A stretch of 63,927 nucleotides of DNA from Rhynchobatus australiae (GCA_034780895.1 JAUZTB010000011.1:24412403-24476329), one strand, 5' to 3'; shown: positions 44,000-58,229, counted from the first letter of the stretch. Notes: a model not told the origin generated them from the letters alone. Program-made: numbers and translations.

Positions 44000-45560
44000 A
44001 ATATAATGTCTCAGCATCCACAGTTCTCTGAAAGTTGTGAATCTTTGAAATTTTTACATCATAGAAGAAATTCCTCCACACCTTGGTCTTGGGTGACTAA
44101 TCCCTTGTCATGAAATCATGCCTCTTAGATCTGGTTCTATATTTCTCCACTAGAAGCAACATTCTTACAGTGCCCACCTTTATTAGGCATACTCAGAGTC
44201 TTTTATGTTTTAAGAGATAATCTCTCATTTCATTAAATCAGAGAATACAAACCTATTCAGATCAATTTTCCTCATAAGACAACACCTGCTTTATGGAAAC
44301 CCTTTCATCCTTAAAGTGCAACCCAGGTTACAGCCTGCCAATTTAAAAATGACTTGTTTGACCTTACATCTTGTTTTCCATGTTAAACAATTCTCTATCA
44401 ATGCTTGTGCGTTACCCTTAACCCTGTAAGTCCTCATCTTTGCAGTAAATTTTATGTTGCACCATATCAAATGTCTTTTAGAAATCCAATTACACTACAT
44501 TCACTGGATCCCTTTATCTACCCAGCTAGGTAATCCTCAAATAAATGTCATGTTTGTTAAACACCGCTATCTTCTTGATAGATCCATACTAGCTCTACCC
44601 AATCTTGTTATGTTTTTCTAAATGCCCTGTCATCACTTTATTAAGAATAGATCTTTGCAATTTTCTGACATCTGGTGTTAGGCTAATTGGCCTATTGTTC
44701 CATTTCTTTCACCCTCCTTTTGGAAAAAGGCCACCAATGCATCCATAATTGTGCATTATCTGTTTTTAAAAATCTTGATTGCAGGCCATTGGGTTTTAGG
44801 GATTTGTCAACCATTAGTTTCTTCAGTTTGCCCAAGTAATTTTTCAGTAGTGATAGCTGCTGCTTTAAGTTCCTCATTCTCTTTTGCCACTAGGTCATTC
44901 TTTTGGCATGCTGTCAGTCTTTTCAAATACAAATATTTGTTTAACATCTCTGCCATTTCCTTATTTCCCAATATGAATACACCCATTTCTGGATCTAAGA
45001 GGCCAATGTTTACTCTAGCTACTCTCTTCCTTTTTACATACTCCTAGAAGCTCTAAAAAAAAGTTCTTTAATGATTTTTTTTTTGACAATTTTAGTCACC
45101 CTTTTCTGGTTTCTAAAAATTACCCTAGTCCTCAGGCCTGCTACTTTATCACACTTTACTTTCAATCTGATATTAGGCTTAACTTCTTTACCCACGGATG
45201 AATTACTTTTCCCATGGAGCTTTTATTTCTCAATAAAGAAATATGTGAGAATTATAGATCCACCTGTCATATCTACTATTAAGTTATTTAATTATTTAAG
45301 TTTAAGACTCTAGATTTAGTCTTATATATGTCACCATAAAACTGAATGCAAAATTCTACTGTACTGTCATCAATCTTGAAGAGAATTCTTTGCTATGAAG
45401 TATTAATTAATCCTCTCTCATTGCAAATGACAGAGTCTAAAATGTCCTATAGCCAGACTGGGTCCACAAAACGTTTTTTCTAGCAAATAATGTATTCCAT
45501 GAGCTCGTCTTCAACTATGTTTGTCAGTATAACCTGCTCAATCTATATGAAGATTATTTC
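44000..45560 (-). mobile_element. Highly decayed CR1 LINE
   Basis: Remnants such as tcaaatgtcttttagaaatccaattacactacat (RT V.LDF.K.FD on the minus strand). Confidence 0.55.
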
Positions 45561-45631
45561 AATAGTTATGGTAAACTTTAACCCTTGATACAAGTCCCCC
45601 ATTATTTTTCATTTGGTAGTTTGAGATATAG

Positions 45632-46125
45632 CGTTCATAGGGTCATAAAGCATGGAAACAGGCCCTTCAGCCCAACTGGTCCATGCCGACCAAGATGCTT
45701 TATCCCAAGCTAGTCCCATTTGCCAGCATTTGGCCCATAACTTTCTAAACCTTTCCTATCCATGTACCTGTCCAACTGTCTTTTAAAAGTTGTTATTGTA
45801 CCTGCCACAATCACTTCCACTGGCAGCTCATTCCACGTACGTACCACCCTTTGTGTAATAAAAAGGTTGCCTCGCAAGTTCCTATTAAATCTCTCACCTC
45901 GCACGTTAAACCTATGCCCTCAAGTTCTTGATTCCCCGACCCTGGGACAAAGGCCAAGTGCATTCACCCTATCAATGCCCCCTCGTGATTTTATACACCT
46001 CTAAAAGATCACCTCTTGGTCCTCCATGGAATAAAATCCAAGCCTGTCCCACCTTACCCTATAACTTAGTCCCTCAAGTCCTAGCAACATCCTTGTAAAT
46101 CTTTTCTGCACTCTTTCCACTGCTA
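45632..46125 (-). mobile_element. CR1 LINE 3' portion
   Basis: RGERFNRNLRGNLF..TQRVVRTWNELPVEV ORF and 3' tail. Confidence 0.88.
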
Positions 46126-46232
46126 TGTTGTTNNNNNNNNNNNNNNNNNNNNNNNNNNNNNNNNNNNNNNNNNNNNNNNNNNNNNNNNNNNNNNNNNNNN
46201 NNNNNNNNNNNNNNNNNNNNNNNNNNNNNNNN

Positions 46233-46462
46233 GAGGAGATCCCCTTGTCTTCTGGCCTGTATTTATCCCTCAGCTGGCATTATCGCTGCAGATTATCTGG
46301 TTGTCATTGTGTTGCTGTTTGCGGGAGCTTACTATGCACGAGTTGGCTGTTGAGTTTCTTGCATTACAGTTGGTGACTGCAGTTCAGAGATACTTCAATG
46401 GTGTCAAAAAACAGGGATTCACTACAAGGGATGTGAAAGGCGCTATAGAAATGCACGTCTAT
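46233..46462 (+). mobile_element. Deu-domain SINE 3' half
   Basis: tatttatccctca...cagattatctggttgtcattgtgttgctgtttgcgggagctt...gtgaaaggcgctatagaaatgc. Confidence 0.65.
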
Positions 46463-46964
46463 AATTAGAAGCATTAATTGTAAAGCAAAAGAACTTTCAG
46501 GCCTGTGATTAAAATCCAGCATCTTCAATTTCCTTTCATCCTGTTCCAACTCTGTGAAGATGCAAGTATGTTGAACAATTTCAATGCCTGCCAATATTAA
46601 TGCAGTCCAGCAGTAAGTATTATCTTTTAATTAAATATTTTCATACTCTTCTGACCTCGTAATTAAAAGTTGTTGTATAATGCAAGCTGCAAAGCAAAAA
46701 TGTTGTTAAAACAAAATCCTTGACGGCCTTAAATGCTCATTAGTAAAGGGCAAAATTCATAGACTATGCAATGCTCAGGCAAGGCAGAAGACTTTGTCTT
46801 TGGGGCCCCTTTAATGCATGTTAAAGAAAGGATATGCATTTCTGTAGCACCTTTCAGGAGCATCTTAACAACCGATGAAATACTTTTGAAGCATGGTTAC
46901 TCTTGCAATACTGGAAACACAGGCACCAATTTACACACCAATATACAGAGGCTGCATATCTCGC

Positions 46965-47560
46965 AGTAAGTGACTCGCCTCCTAATACCCCTTCAACAAG
47001 GCAAAAGTCAGGAGCACTTACCAAGGTGAGTGCAGCTCCAACAAATCAAGAAGATCGACACCACCCTGGACAAAGCAACCCACCCCAACCACCAACATAA
47101 ACGGTCATTCCCTCCACCACTGGCACACAGCGGCTGCTATGTGTACTGTCTACAAAATGCATTGCCGTTACTCACCCAGGCTGCTCTGACAGCACCTCCC
47201 AAACCTGTGATCTCTATTACCAAGAGGGACAAGACTAGCAGGCACATGGGAACACCACCACCTGGCAGGTTCCCCACCAGGTCACACACCATCCTGACTT
47301 GGAAATCAATTGCCATTCCTTCATCATCACAGAGTCATAGATTTACATAGCACGGAAACAGGCCTTTTGGCCCAACTCTAATGCCAACCAAGTTGCCTAC
47401 CCAAGCTAGTCCTATTTGCCTGCATTTGGCCTAAATCCCTCTGAAATTTTCTATTTGTGTACTGTCCAAATATCTTTTAAATATTGGAATTCTACCCACC
47501 TCTACCACTTCCTCTGGCACAGGCTCTAAATCCTAGAACTCCATTTCTAACAGTGCCTTC
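46965..47560 (+). mobile_element. LINE C-terminal fragment interrupted by a minus-strand CR1 3' end (about 47326-47518)
   Basis: KKIDTTLDKA and ...HHWHTAAAMCTVYKMHC remnants; insert carries the cacagagtcatagatttacatagcacggaaacaggcc tail. Confidence 0.6.
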
Positions 47561-48761
47561 AAAAATGGACAGAAAAATACAGCAAACGCATCTGCAGCCC
47601 TGTTTCACTGGTGTCAGATGTGGGGATAAATATTACTCAGTGCACTGCTGAAATCTGCCCTGCTTTTGGATGTCATATTCTAGCTGAGAGGCCACTCCAT
47701 TGTAATGAACCTCTTTGAGAGCCCACCTGCTGAAATCTGGTTGTGTCCAATTGCTTCATTTGTAGTTGACGCTTGCGTTGGCCTGAGGAAGTTGTTTTTG
47801 GATGCACATTTAGAAACTGGGTGTTGTTTCTACAAAGGAAATAATGACACATGGCAGCTCTGCAAGCAGGATCTTACTGGCATGATCTTTTAAGGTCACA
47901 AGTGCAAATTCTTTCGGCCTGCATTGTGTTAAAGTAGAGATCCTGAATGTAAATGACAGCACTGGTGGTTTCCAAGAGAAACTATTCTGGCTGTTAAATC
48001 TCTGAGGCTGTGGATCTCAGTGAGTGTGGCGTGCACACGCGATCCAGATGTTGAAGCCAACTTGGCCACTAGACCCGCTAGCTGCCTGCTAATGATTATT
48101 TTGCCCAGATGATTGAGGAACCCGCTTTAGTTGGAAAGTCGCCAATGCTGGTTGTTGGAAAGCCCTATCAAAAGAGAAGCGATTGGCCTGTTAGTTGATG
48201 ATGGCTTCCAATTGGTCACTGCCTCAAGACAACTCCTTACTTAATCCTCGCTAATAATCCACAGGCTCCCCCTATTGTGGTCACAGCCCCTGCACTGAGG
48301 CAGTTCCCTGAGTGCAAACACCAGAAACTTGAAGCCTTGTAACTTTGGAACACCTAGTGAGTGTCTGATGCTCATCCATCTCAATCAAGTGATGTGCTGG
48401 TCCAATATCTGGTGACCTTGGGCTGGCCTGTTCAAGCAAAAGTCTCCACCTCCAAGTCCCAGGACAAGAGAATTTCAAGAGCTCAGAATTCTGGGGATCG
48501 TCTACCTACAAAGTCCCAGAGGTTTAACGTTCTTGCAAGTCTGGTACTGGCATTGATCCAGTTACTTTTGGTTTTCATTCCCGCTTCATGACCTGCCTTC
48601 CCAACTCCCAAAGGATATGCCAGCTGTTTCCGTGGGCCTCACTCTACAGCTTCTGGATTTCCAGGCACCTGTCCGGTTGGTTTGATCCAAAGTTCAGCTT
48701 GGTGCCCCTGTCCCGCAACACAATCTTGCCCCTGCTATAGGAATAGTTGAGTAATTGCAGG

Positions 48762-49292
48762 TTATAGAATTGTTCGGCACAGAACCAGGCCCTTCAGCCC
48801 AACTGGTCCATGCTGACCAAGGTGCCCCATCCAAGCTAGTCCCATTTGCCAACATTTGGCCCATAATCTTTTAAGCCTTTCTAATCCATGTACCTGTCCA
48901 ACTGTCTTTTAAAAGTTGTTATTGTACCTGCCTCAACCACTTCCTCTGGCAGCTCATTCCGCATGGATACCACCCTTTGTACAAAAAATTTGCCCATCAA
49001 TTTCCTATTAAATCTCTCCCCTCAAACCTATGCCCTCTTGTTCCTGATACCCCAACCCCAGGAAAAAGACTGTGTGTGTTCACCCTATCTATGCCTCTCA
49101 TGATCTCATACACCTCTGTAAGACCACCCCTCATTCTCCCACACTCCAATCAAATAAGTTCCAACCTGCTCAACCTCTGTCCATAACTCAGTCCCTCAAG
49201 TCCTGGCAACATCCCCTGCACTCCCCCCAGTTTAATAACATCTTTCCAATAGCAGAGCAACCAAAACTGGACACAATACTCCAAGTGCGACC
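48762..49292 (-). mobile_element. CR1 LINE 3' portion
   Basis: Same family as the 45632 copy; reaches the HLEYCVQFW motif. Confidence 0.85.
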
Positions 49293-49311
49293 TACTGGAG
49301 TTATTTGATTA

Positions 49312-49720
49312 GTAGAGTAGATAAGGGGGAACCAGTGGATGTGATGTACTTAGCTTATTGGAAAGCTTTTGAGATGGGCCCACACAGGATTACGACAATT
49401 TGAGGGGTGATATGACACAGATGGAGAACTGGCTATTGGACAGAAAGCAATGAGTGGGAATACATGAACCTCTCTCAGGCCATCAGGCCGTGACTAGTGA
49501 GCCCTGCAGGGATCGGTGCTTGGGCTCCAGATTGCCACCATCTATATTAACGATCTGGCTGAAGGCATCAAATGTTGCAAGTCAGCTGGTGATACCAAAG
49601 CCAGTGGAATTATGAGCTATGAGGCGGATGCGATGGGGCTTCAAGAGGACACAAGCACACTCAGTGAGTCGAGGGAAGGGGGGGGCAGGTGGAATGTAAC
49701 GTGAAATAAATCTGAGTTCA
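49312..49720 (+). mobile_element. CR1 LINE RT core fragment
   Basis: VDKGEPVDVMYL..KAF and QGSVLGLQIATIYINDL motifs. Confidence 0.78.
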
Positions 49721-50348
49721 CCCACCAAACTGTCTTCATCTCAGCTTCCCCCAAGGTCATTCTCTCTTCTCCCCTCTCCCATCAGGCAGAAGATACAGGA
49801 GCCTATAGTGGGAGACTTGTAACAAATGTAAACTTTACCATAACTGTTGCTACTATTAATAGGCCTCTTACCATTATTTTCTTCCCCTAGTTATTCCCAC
49901 ACTATCTCAATGCAAATTTCTGATCTTCTGAACAAAGCTTCATTTTCATTACTATCCTCATGTTATACTTTATTATTAAAGCTACCCTTCTTTTCCATTC
50001 TGTGCATCTTCCCAAGCATAAGATACTTTGGAATACCATGATTAACTGTATCTGTGTTGCTATTTTATCTACTTTTTAAATAAATACTTCAAATGTTCAA
50101 TGTTGACATGTTATTATTTTTCCTTGCCCCTACTTGGCTGCTGCACAATTACCTTTATATATGTTTTGTCCCTTCCTGTCACATTCTGCTTACCATATTG
50201 TACCCTCCCAACTCTCTTTATATTTCCCCTTACCTGATTCAATACTGCTCCCTACCACTACCATAATTGAGATGGTGTTAATTTACAGCTCTAGTTATAT
50301 GATTTTCGGGACCCAATTTTCCAGCTCAATTCGCATAAAACCTCTCTA

Positions 50349-50705
50349 GGCAGCACAGTGGTGCAGTTAGTTCTGCTGACTCGCGGCTCTGATAATCTCT
50401 GTTCAGTCCTGAGCTCAGTACTGCCTGTGTAAAGTTCACACGTGTTCCCTGTGACTGCTTGGGTTTCTGGCAGATGCTCTGGTTTTCTCCCACATATCAA
50501 AAAATGTGGGTTAATTGGCTACTATAAGTTGCCCTTTAGTAGGTAAATGGCAAAAGAATCAAAAGTGAGTTAATGGGTTTGAGAGAGAGGATCATCTGCA
50601 GGCTATAAGGAAATAAGAGGAGGAATGGTACTGAGATTGCTCAGCAAGCAGTTGGCATGGATCAGATAGTTTGAATGGCCTCCTTCTGTAATACAGTAAG
50701 TAAGT
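50349..50705 (+). mobile_element. V-SINE (HE1-like), full length
   Basis: ggcagcacagtggtgcag head, V-domain, CR1-like tail atggcctccttctgtaatacagtaagtaag. Confidence 0.78.
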
Positions 50706-53304
50706 TTAATCTGTCATAGTGGAACCTCTTTCCTACATACTTGTGTCATTACCCAAGACTCAAAATCCTGAGTTCTGTCAATATAGGTCTTTGACCTGTT
50801 TCTCTTTCCAATGATGTTGCCAGAACTTTCTGTTTTAAAATCTAAACAGAATTTTCTGTTTTTAAATTAGCTCCTTAATTTATTTGACCTCAGCTTAATT
50901 CACATATGATCAGACAATAATCTAGATATTCACTTTTATCATACTCCTTGATAATTTAGACCTTGGCTCATCAGACTAACTCATGGAATTTCTTTCTTAG
51001 TTTACCCATAATGTAGGAAATGAAAATGTAAAATAGGATGCTAACATCCTACATCCCATTCACACTGTTACACAAAGACTATACCAAACAACTCTACTGA
51101 TCCTTAAAACTAAATTGTTTACTGCAGTCATAAATTGACACTACAAATGTTTATATTTCCAGTGGAGCTGTGATTATATAGTTCTTTCCAAGCTGCTTAA
51201 GTGAGGCACTAACATCTTCAAATCTAGCACTTGGCATTTACTGGAGATTTCTTGGTATAAATCTTTTGCATTATTGTTGATCTATCTCCATATTTCCATA
51301 ACTTCTGGCAGAGTTAGTTTTAGATAGAATAGTGTCCATTCAGAAGCCCAGTGGAGAGAAATATATTCCTGTGGGATTGAATGAAAATTAAGCAAGATAA
51401 CTAAAATTTAGTGCTTCAGAAATCAAATGCAAAACTGAAGTTTTGGTATCTGCATGCACTTGCTATTCTCCATAGTTTCTGTGAATACAGAAATTGTCTC
51501 ATGCTGATCCAAAGAACATCAATATTTGGACATTCTTATACTTTGGAAAGAAGTACTATTTATTTGGTTAATATATTTTGTGGAAAATATGGCTAAAGTT
51601 ATTTTGTGTTGTAACCATAAATTCACATTTTTGAAAACAAGGAAACAGCTATCTGATTCAAGGTCCAATATACGCAAATAACNNNNTACATAATGATCAC
51701 ATCCTTTTGGCAAAACATTCAAGTATTTCCAGACTATTTATAATAACACAGATTTCTTCAACTGCAACAGCAAATTTTAGTATGCAAAACATTAACTTAC
51801 AAAGGTTTGGATTAAATTAAAAGGAAAAGACTTCCTTGTAAGTGTATATAAAAAAAACTGCAAATAGATATACGGTACAAGTGGTTGCATGGAATATATT
51901 TAATTGATGCTATTACTCGCAGCAGTCACATTTGAAATGGTGCCATCAGTACTGCATTCATTAAAAGAATTAAGGAAGCACTGCATCAAAATATCACTGT
52001 AAAATAATAATATTTTGAAACCAGGCTGAATATTTTAGAACAATTTGTTAGTTTGTAGTTAGTTATTCTTATAAGTGTAATCCCTACTTTTACTGTGTTG
52101 ACTAATCTCAAATCCATCATACTTATGTACTTGAAGTTTGACAATACAGTCATAAATAATGCTTCAAATATACTTGTCAAATATTGAACAAGTTGTCAGT
52201 TTGATTCCATATTTAGTCACCTAAATTACATGCAGTTTATAGTTAATCACGATTAGTACGCAACACAGATTAGCTTTTAAATTAATTTGATCTTTTGCAT
52301 CCATTAATTGTGAGGTTACAGATCCACCTTTTATTCCTTTACATTAATAAGCAGAAAATTAACGGCTATCTATTTCAGATTTTCCAGAAATTTTCACTGA
52401 AGGGTGAAATTGGCTTCCAGTGGAGTTGTTGGCACTTATTGCAAACTGTCCATTTTTATATCCACAATGGGATGTTGATTCACCAATGCTTCTTTTACTC
52501 TATTAACAATAATTAATATCACTCCATAGTGTTTCATTGCAACAATCTCTCTGTTACAACCATAGTTTCTTTCTTATACTTTCCAAAGTATAAGAATGTC
52601 CAAACTACGTCTTCAACAATCTCAATAATCAATCCACATGAAATGTGACAGTGGAATTTACAAATTTGCATTTCCAGCATAGAGCTTCTTGTAATCAGAA
52701 GGGTAAATGAGTAAGATTTTACATGGTATGAATTTATTCTCCTTTGAAAAGAATGTTTTTCTAATAGTGAATGCAACTCTGACAGGATAATTTCTAGTAA
52801 ACTACTGAGATTAATGGTACTTATTCAATATATTCCATGCAAGCATTATATAGAACAGATAAGAGCAAAAGAAATCAGGACTTATCTATAATTGTGGACT
52901 CAATTCCAAAAAAAGATAGTTTTGTGGTTCAGAATAACTTCACTTTTCCAAACTAAGTTTCGATTTAGTTCAGAACTGCCCATTTGTAATAAACATTAAT
53001 CCAATTTAAGCCTATTGCCATTTTCTTTGTTGGTTAAAAAAATATACAGGTGTTGCTGTATACAGGAACTGTTGCCCACAGTTCAAAGTGGAAAAATACA
53101 TGTTAATAAATTGAAGTGACAAACCTGTTTGAAAAAGAACTTTGGTAATCAAGCTTCAGTTACTTTCAAAGTATTTTACAATTACAAAGAGTGGGCAAGA
53201 ACCTCCAGCTTATTTGTTTATGGACAGATTGAATGTTACAGATTTCAGCAAACTGCAGAAGTTGATAATCCAGTGACGTGGTTACCAAATTTTCTCCAAC
53301 TATA

Positions 53305-53470
53305 AGCAAAAAACAAACTGCTGGAGGAACTCTAGATAAGAGTTGAGATGAAAGGTCTCAACCCAAATCGTCGACTGTCAATTTCCCTCCACAGATGCTG
53401 CCTGATCTGCTGAGTTCCTCCAGCAGTTTGTTTTTTGCTCCGAATTCCAGCATTTGCAGTCTCGTGTTTC
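53305..53470. mobile_element. Penelope-like terminal repeat with an inverted partial copy
   Basis: 28-bp perfect inverted repeat 53305-53332 / 53412-53439. Confidence 0.7.
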
Positions 53471-53559
53471 TGATTTGTTATTTTCCCTAATTTCCTACCT
53501 TCCATTTAAAATGACTTTTTAATTTCACTACACGCCTTATTTTGCCTGTGAATTTGCTT

Positions 53560-54065
53560 TTTTTTTCCCCTTAGGCAATCCCTTGATCAAGGATGACTTG
53601 CTTCACTCTTCTTTTGTGGTTTTGAGTGGTTGATAAATCAAAATGGGAACTGCAGACTCTTCCACAGATGGGATATCAAGTGTCTAATGGGGCAAGCAGG
53701 TGGGCAATGTGTGAGTTGCTGAGTTCTTTCTGCTACTCATGCAAGGCTTTTGTGTGCTCCTGATGTATGCACTTGAGTTTCTCAAACAATCCCAAACAGT
53801 CCTCCACTTTGAGAGGTTATTGGCAAGAGATTCCAGAGAGTAAGTGGAAATGTTGGATTTCTTTTAGGAGACTTTGAACACATCCTTGAATCTCATTCTC
53901 TATCCACCTGGTAATCTCTTCCCCTAACAGAGCTTGGAATAAAGTGTCTATTTTGGGAGTCTGGCATCAGGCATGTGAAAGTAGCCTGCCCAACGGAGCC
54001 ATCTTTGGCTTATCAGTTACCCCAGAATCCACAGAACCAGAGTGTCAACAGGTCATCTTCAATCC
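53560..54065 (-). mobile_element. Degenerate RTE-clade LINE 3' portion
   Basis: Minus-strand MPDARLPK.TLYSKLC...RFKDVFKVS; same family as 30975. Confidence 0.65.
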
Positions 54066-56384
54066 TGAGAGACCATCTAAGAATAGCAGCTTCCCCAGTG
54101 TCTATAGCTAGTACTTTAAGCTATTATGCTGACTCCTACTAACCATCAAAAATGTTTCTATACTTTCTCCCCTCTAACACAAGTGATTTCTATGCCTTGA
54201 AGCTTCAACTTATCCAATCAGCTATTTCTGCTGTTTCCCATTTTCCTGTTTTTCATAGAGTCAAACTTTCCCCTTAGTCTTAGGTTTTCTTATCAAATGT
54301 CTCATGCTCTCTTCAAATTCATATTGTCCAAGAGACTTACCTTTTGTTCCTTTGATGCTATTCACAATAATGAGAAAATGCCTATGTTTCTAGGCCAACA
54401 TCTCTTTAACTTTTAATTGACTGTGATATTCAATTAAATTTTAATATGAATTTAACTAGGTCATATCAATTATGCACAGTTGCTAACTCTGGCACAAGAT
54501 ACAATTGTGGTCTTACGAAACAAGTAACTAATTAACAATGTTCTGAGATCATATGGGTATTGGAAACGTGCAACTTCTTTGTTGGAAATGTATTTTTCAA
54601 GTGTACTTGCATTGCATCACATTGTGCCCATTTTCCTTTTTAGCAGGCTTTGTCTTGCAGGAGCTAAACTAGCAGATAGGCCTGTTTGTCTTTCTTCTGC
54701 CTGATTTAATGTATAATAAAAATGCTGGAGTTTCACAAAAGCGCTGAAATTTATAGGAATATATTTAAATTACTCACAGCAAGGATAACTCGTGTGTCTA
54801 TGCAATGAGCCAGCTTATATGAAATAGATGCGTCTGAGAATGTATTATCTTGTCGTTGAAAGACAGATCTTACAATTAGTGAACCAGCAAAAAGGAAAAT
54901 AATGTAATTTTAAACCAGAAGCAAAAGCATTAACAGAAAATAAAAATCAGAGAGCAAATTGCAAATGTAGAAACAGGTAAGTTAATAAATCAATATAAAA
55001 TAATTTAGCAGAAGGGATCACAGATAGCAGGACAAAGTCAGCAGAAGAGAAAATCAAACCGACCAGTGGTAAATGGAAAATAGTCTTAAGCATGGAACTT
55101 TTTTGATCCCACAAAGGCTGTCAACACCTCTTAATAGTCATTTCCTTCCTTATATGTTTCCTCTGGAGTACCAGGGAAACATATAAGGAAGGAATTGACT
55201 ATTAAACTAGCACATGGCTTTCCAGTGTGCTTTGAAGACTCTCTTTCAGATATGTGGGCAAAGAGGGATGCTTTTTGTCCTAAGAAGTGGTAAGGCTTTC
55301 TGATAGCAACTCTACTGCAATGCAAAACATACAATGGAGATCAATATCCAGAGCATTAGCATCCCTGACAAAGCTAAAATAAGAAAAGTTTAATGACCTA
55401 ACTAGAGCAGCTGCGAAATGAATACTGGTCTTTTATCCTCTGCTCTCACTGCAAGCTGCAATACTCTTCATACTGCACTCATATACAATTACTAAATCAC
55501 ATCTCATCAGAACTCCTCTCTTCACATTGAAACAGTAACTTTTTTTGGAATCAATACCCCTCAGATGGTTTCCTACAAATTACAAGTCAGTTAGATCACT
55601 ACAACAAGCAAATTCAATAGGCACAATCTGCAGTACCTCACAAAACTGTTTCTAAAAGAATGTTTCATGCAGGATAAGGTCTACCACCATTCCAGATAGC
55701 ATATTGCATACAAAGGAAATGGAGTCTGCCTATCCATTCCAAAAAAAATGTCTGATGCAAGCAGAAGAGAATCAAATCTATGTCAGCTTACAATTACAAT
55801 CTCAACAGCTATTTTTCTACCAATTTTTTGTGCCTTTATTACATTTGAAGGCCAGATCTCTGTAAGAATTTGCAAGTCTTATCTGCAACTATTATCTTCA
55901 AATCCTGCCATGTTTCCCTGCCCATCACCTTGAATAAGCTAGTGTTATCATTGGAGTGGACAAACATTGACTGACTCTGAAATACTACACCTTGGGTTCA
56001 TTTCAATGCTGATTCCATAGTCATTTCATTTGCAAATTCAATACTCCCTTCCTGGATTTTATTCTCCATTGTCTGTCTTCATCAGTTCCTTCCACTCAGT
56101 CATACAGCTTGATTCTTCGAAAGAGAAAAGCAGGTCTTTTTCCATCATGTCAATTCCTAAGTGCGGGGACTTCTTTTTAAGTTCCAGTTCCAACTAATAA
56201 CTCATTGCAGTTTTCCAGTTCAATGCTCTGATACAGTCTGTCTCTCTTGTGCTTTTCCTAATAGCCACCCCATTTTTTGGGTGCAGACTTGTGGTTGCAT
56301 TTATGATTTTCCCAGGCACTTCCAGTCTCCACTTTCACCAATGCTGCACTTCATTGCCCATTTTTTCCCTTCCTTTCCCTTGAA

Positions 56385-57018
56385 TCGGAATCAGATTTAT
56401 TATCACTGACCCATGTCGTGAAATTTATTGTTTTGCCGCAGCAGTACAGTACGTAAAGATTTATAAGTGACAAAAATAAATAAGTAATGTGAAAGGGGAA
56501 TAACAAGGTAGTGTTCATGGACTATTCAGAAATTTGATGACGGAGGGGAAGAAGCTGTTCTTGAAACTGCTGAAGCAAATGCAAGCTTATGATCTGAGGT
56601 TCAATGATTATTCTGTTGACATATTATTAGTTTCAGATGAAGGAGAAGGTATTCCTAGCTTTTCACTGCATTCATTCGCAAGGCTTGAGAAATTTTCAAG
56701 TACAAAGATTGATGACATTGTCTTGCATAGCTTTTTCTCTTATTTACTCCTCCACAATCTTTCAGTGGCATACCATCACTTTCCTCTACATCTTTCACAA
56801 GAGCAGCACTTCCCCTGGATAGAGGAGAATTCTTCTAATTAGGTCCCTTCATGTATTTAATAATTCTGAAAGGAGATAATGCATCTCATCAGGGAACACT
56901 ACATTGGTATTGGTATATGATTGGCCACATAGTCGTGAGTGTATAGGGAGTAGAGTAGAGGGCTTAGGACGCAGCCTTGTGGGGCACCAGTGTTGAGAAT
57001 AATTGTGCCAGACGTATT
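56385..57018 (-). mobile_element. Rex1/Babar LINE fragments (3' end 56385-56565; RT 56930-57018)
   Basis: TIILNTGAPQGCVLSPLLYSLYTHD; FKNSFFPSVI and aataaa-tctgattc tail. Confidence 0.8.
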
Positions 57019-57813
57019 AGACATAGAAACATAGAAAAACTACAGCACAATTCAGGTCCTTTGGCCCACAAAGCTGTGCTGAACATGTCCCAACTCTAGA
57101 AATTACTCGGCTTACCCACAGCCCTCTGTTTTACTCAGCTCCATGTATCTATCCAACAGTCTCTTAAAAGACCCTATCGTATCCGCCTCCACCACCGTCG
57201 CCGGCAGCCCATTCCACGCACTCACCACTGAGTAAAAAACTTACCCCTGACATCTCCGCTATATCTACTCCCCAGCACCTTAAACCTACGTCCTCTCGTG
57301 GCCACCATTTTAGCCCTGGGGAAAAGTATCTGACTATCCACCTGATCAATACCTCTCATCATCTTATACACCTCTATCAGGTCCCCCCTCATCCTCCTTC
57401 GCTCCAAGGAGAAAAGGCCAAATTCCCTCAACCTGCTTTCATAAGGCATGCTCTGCATTCCAGTCAGCATCCTCATAAATCTCCTCTGCACCCTTCCTAT
57501 GGCTTCCACATCCTTTCTGTAGTGAGGCGACCAGAACTGAGCACAGTACTCCAAGTGGGGTCTGACCAAGGACCATATAGCTGTAACAATACCTCTCGGC
57601 TCCTAAATTCAATTCTCCGATTGATGAAGGACAACACACCATATGCCTTCTTAACCACAGAATCAACCTGGACAGCCGCTTTGAGCATCCTATGGACTCG
57701 GACCCCAAGATCCCTCTGATCCTCCACACTGCCAACAGTCCTACCATTAATACTATACTCTGCCATCATATTTGACCTACCAAAATGAACCACTTCACAC
57801 TTATCTGGGTTGA
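57019..57813 (-). mobile_element. Young CR1 LINE 3' portion (runs into a gap)
   Basis: VRPHLEYCAQFWSPHYRKD and NPDKCEVVHFGRSN; catagaaa tail. Confidence 0.92.
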
Positions 57814-57913
57814 NNNNNNNNNNNNNNNNNNNNNNNNNNNNNNNNNNNNNNNNNNNNNNNNNNNNNNNNNNNNNNNNNNNNNNNNNNNNNNNNNNNNNNN
57901 NNNNNNNNNNNNN

Positions 57914-58200
57914 ATTGCAAGACATTAAAATTACTATAAGTTACAAAATTAAATAAATAGTGCAAAAGAGGAATAATGAGGTGGTGCTCATGGGTTCATG
58001 GACCATTCAGAAATATGATGGAGGAGGGGAAGAAGCTGTTTCTGAAATGTTGAGTGTGGGTCTTCAGGCTCCTGTACCTCCTCTCCAATGGTTGTAACAT
58101 GAAGTGGGCATATCCAGGACGGTGAGGGTCCTTAATAGTGGATGCTGCTGCCTTGAAGCAAGGCTTCTTTAAGATGCCCTGATGGCATTGATGGAGGCAG
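57914..58200 (-). mobile_element. Rex1/Babar LINE 3' end
   Basis: KAAASTIKDPHRPG...RRYRSLKTHTQHFRNSFFPS. Confidence 0.8.
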
Positions 58201-58229
58201 AGAGTGTCATAGATAATGGTTTCAGGGAG

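Noticed and set aside
47580-48760. Slightly GC-richer non-repeat block as a possible promoter or enhancer
   Set aside because: No CpG island or diagnostic motif; cannot be supported without conservation data
54341-54357. Possible 17-nt microexon with an AAG|gtaagt donor
   Set aside because: It would shift the frame; such motifs are expected by chance in a 21-kb intron
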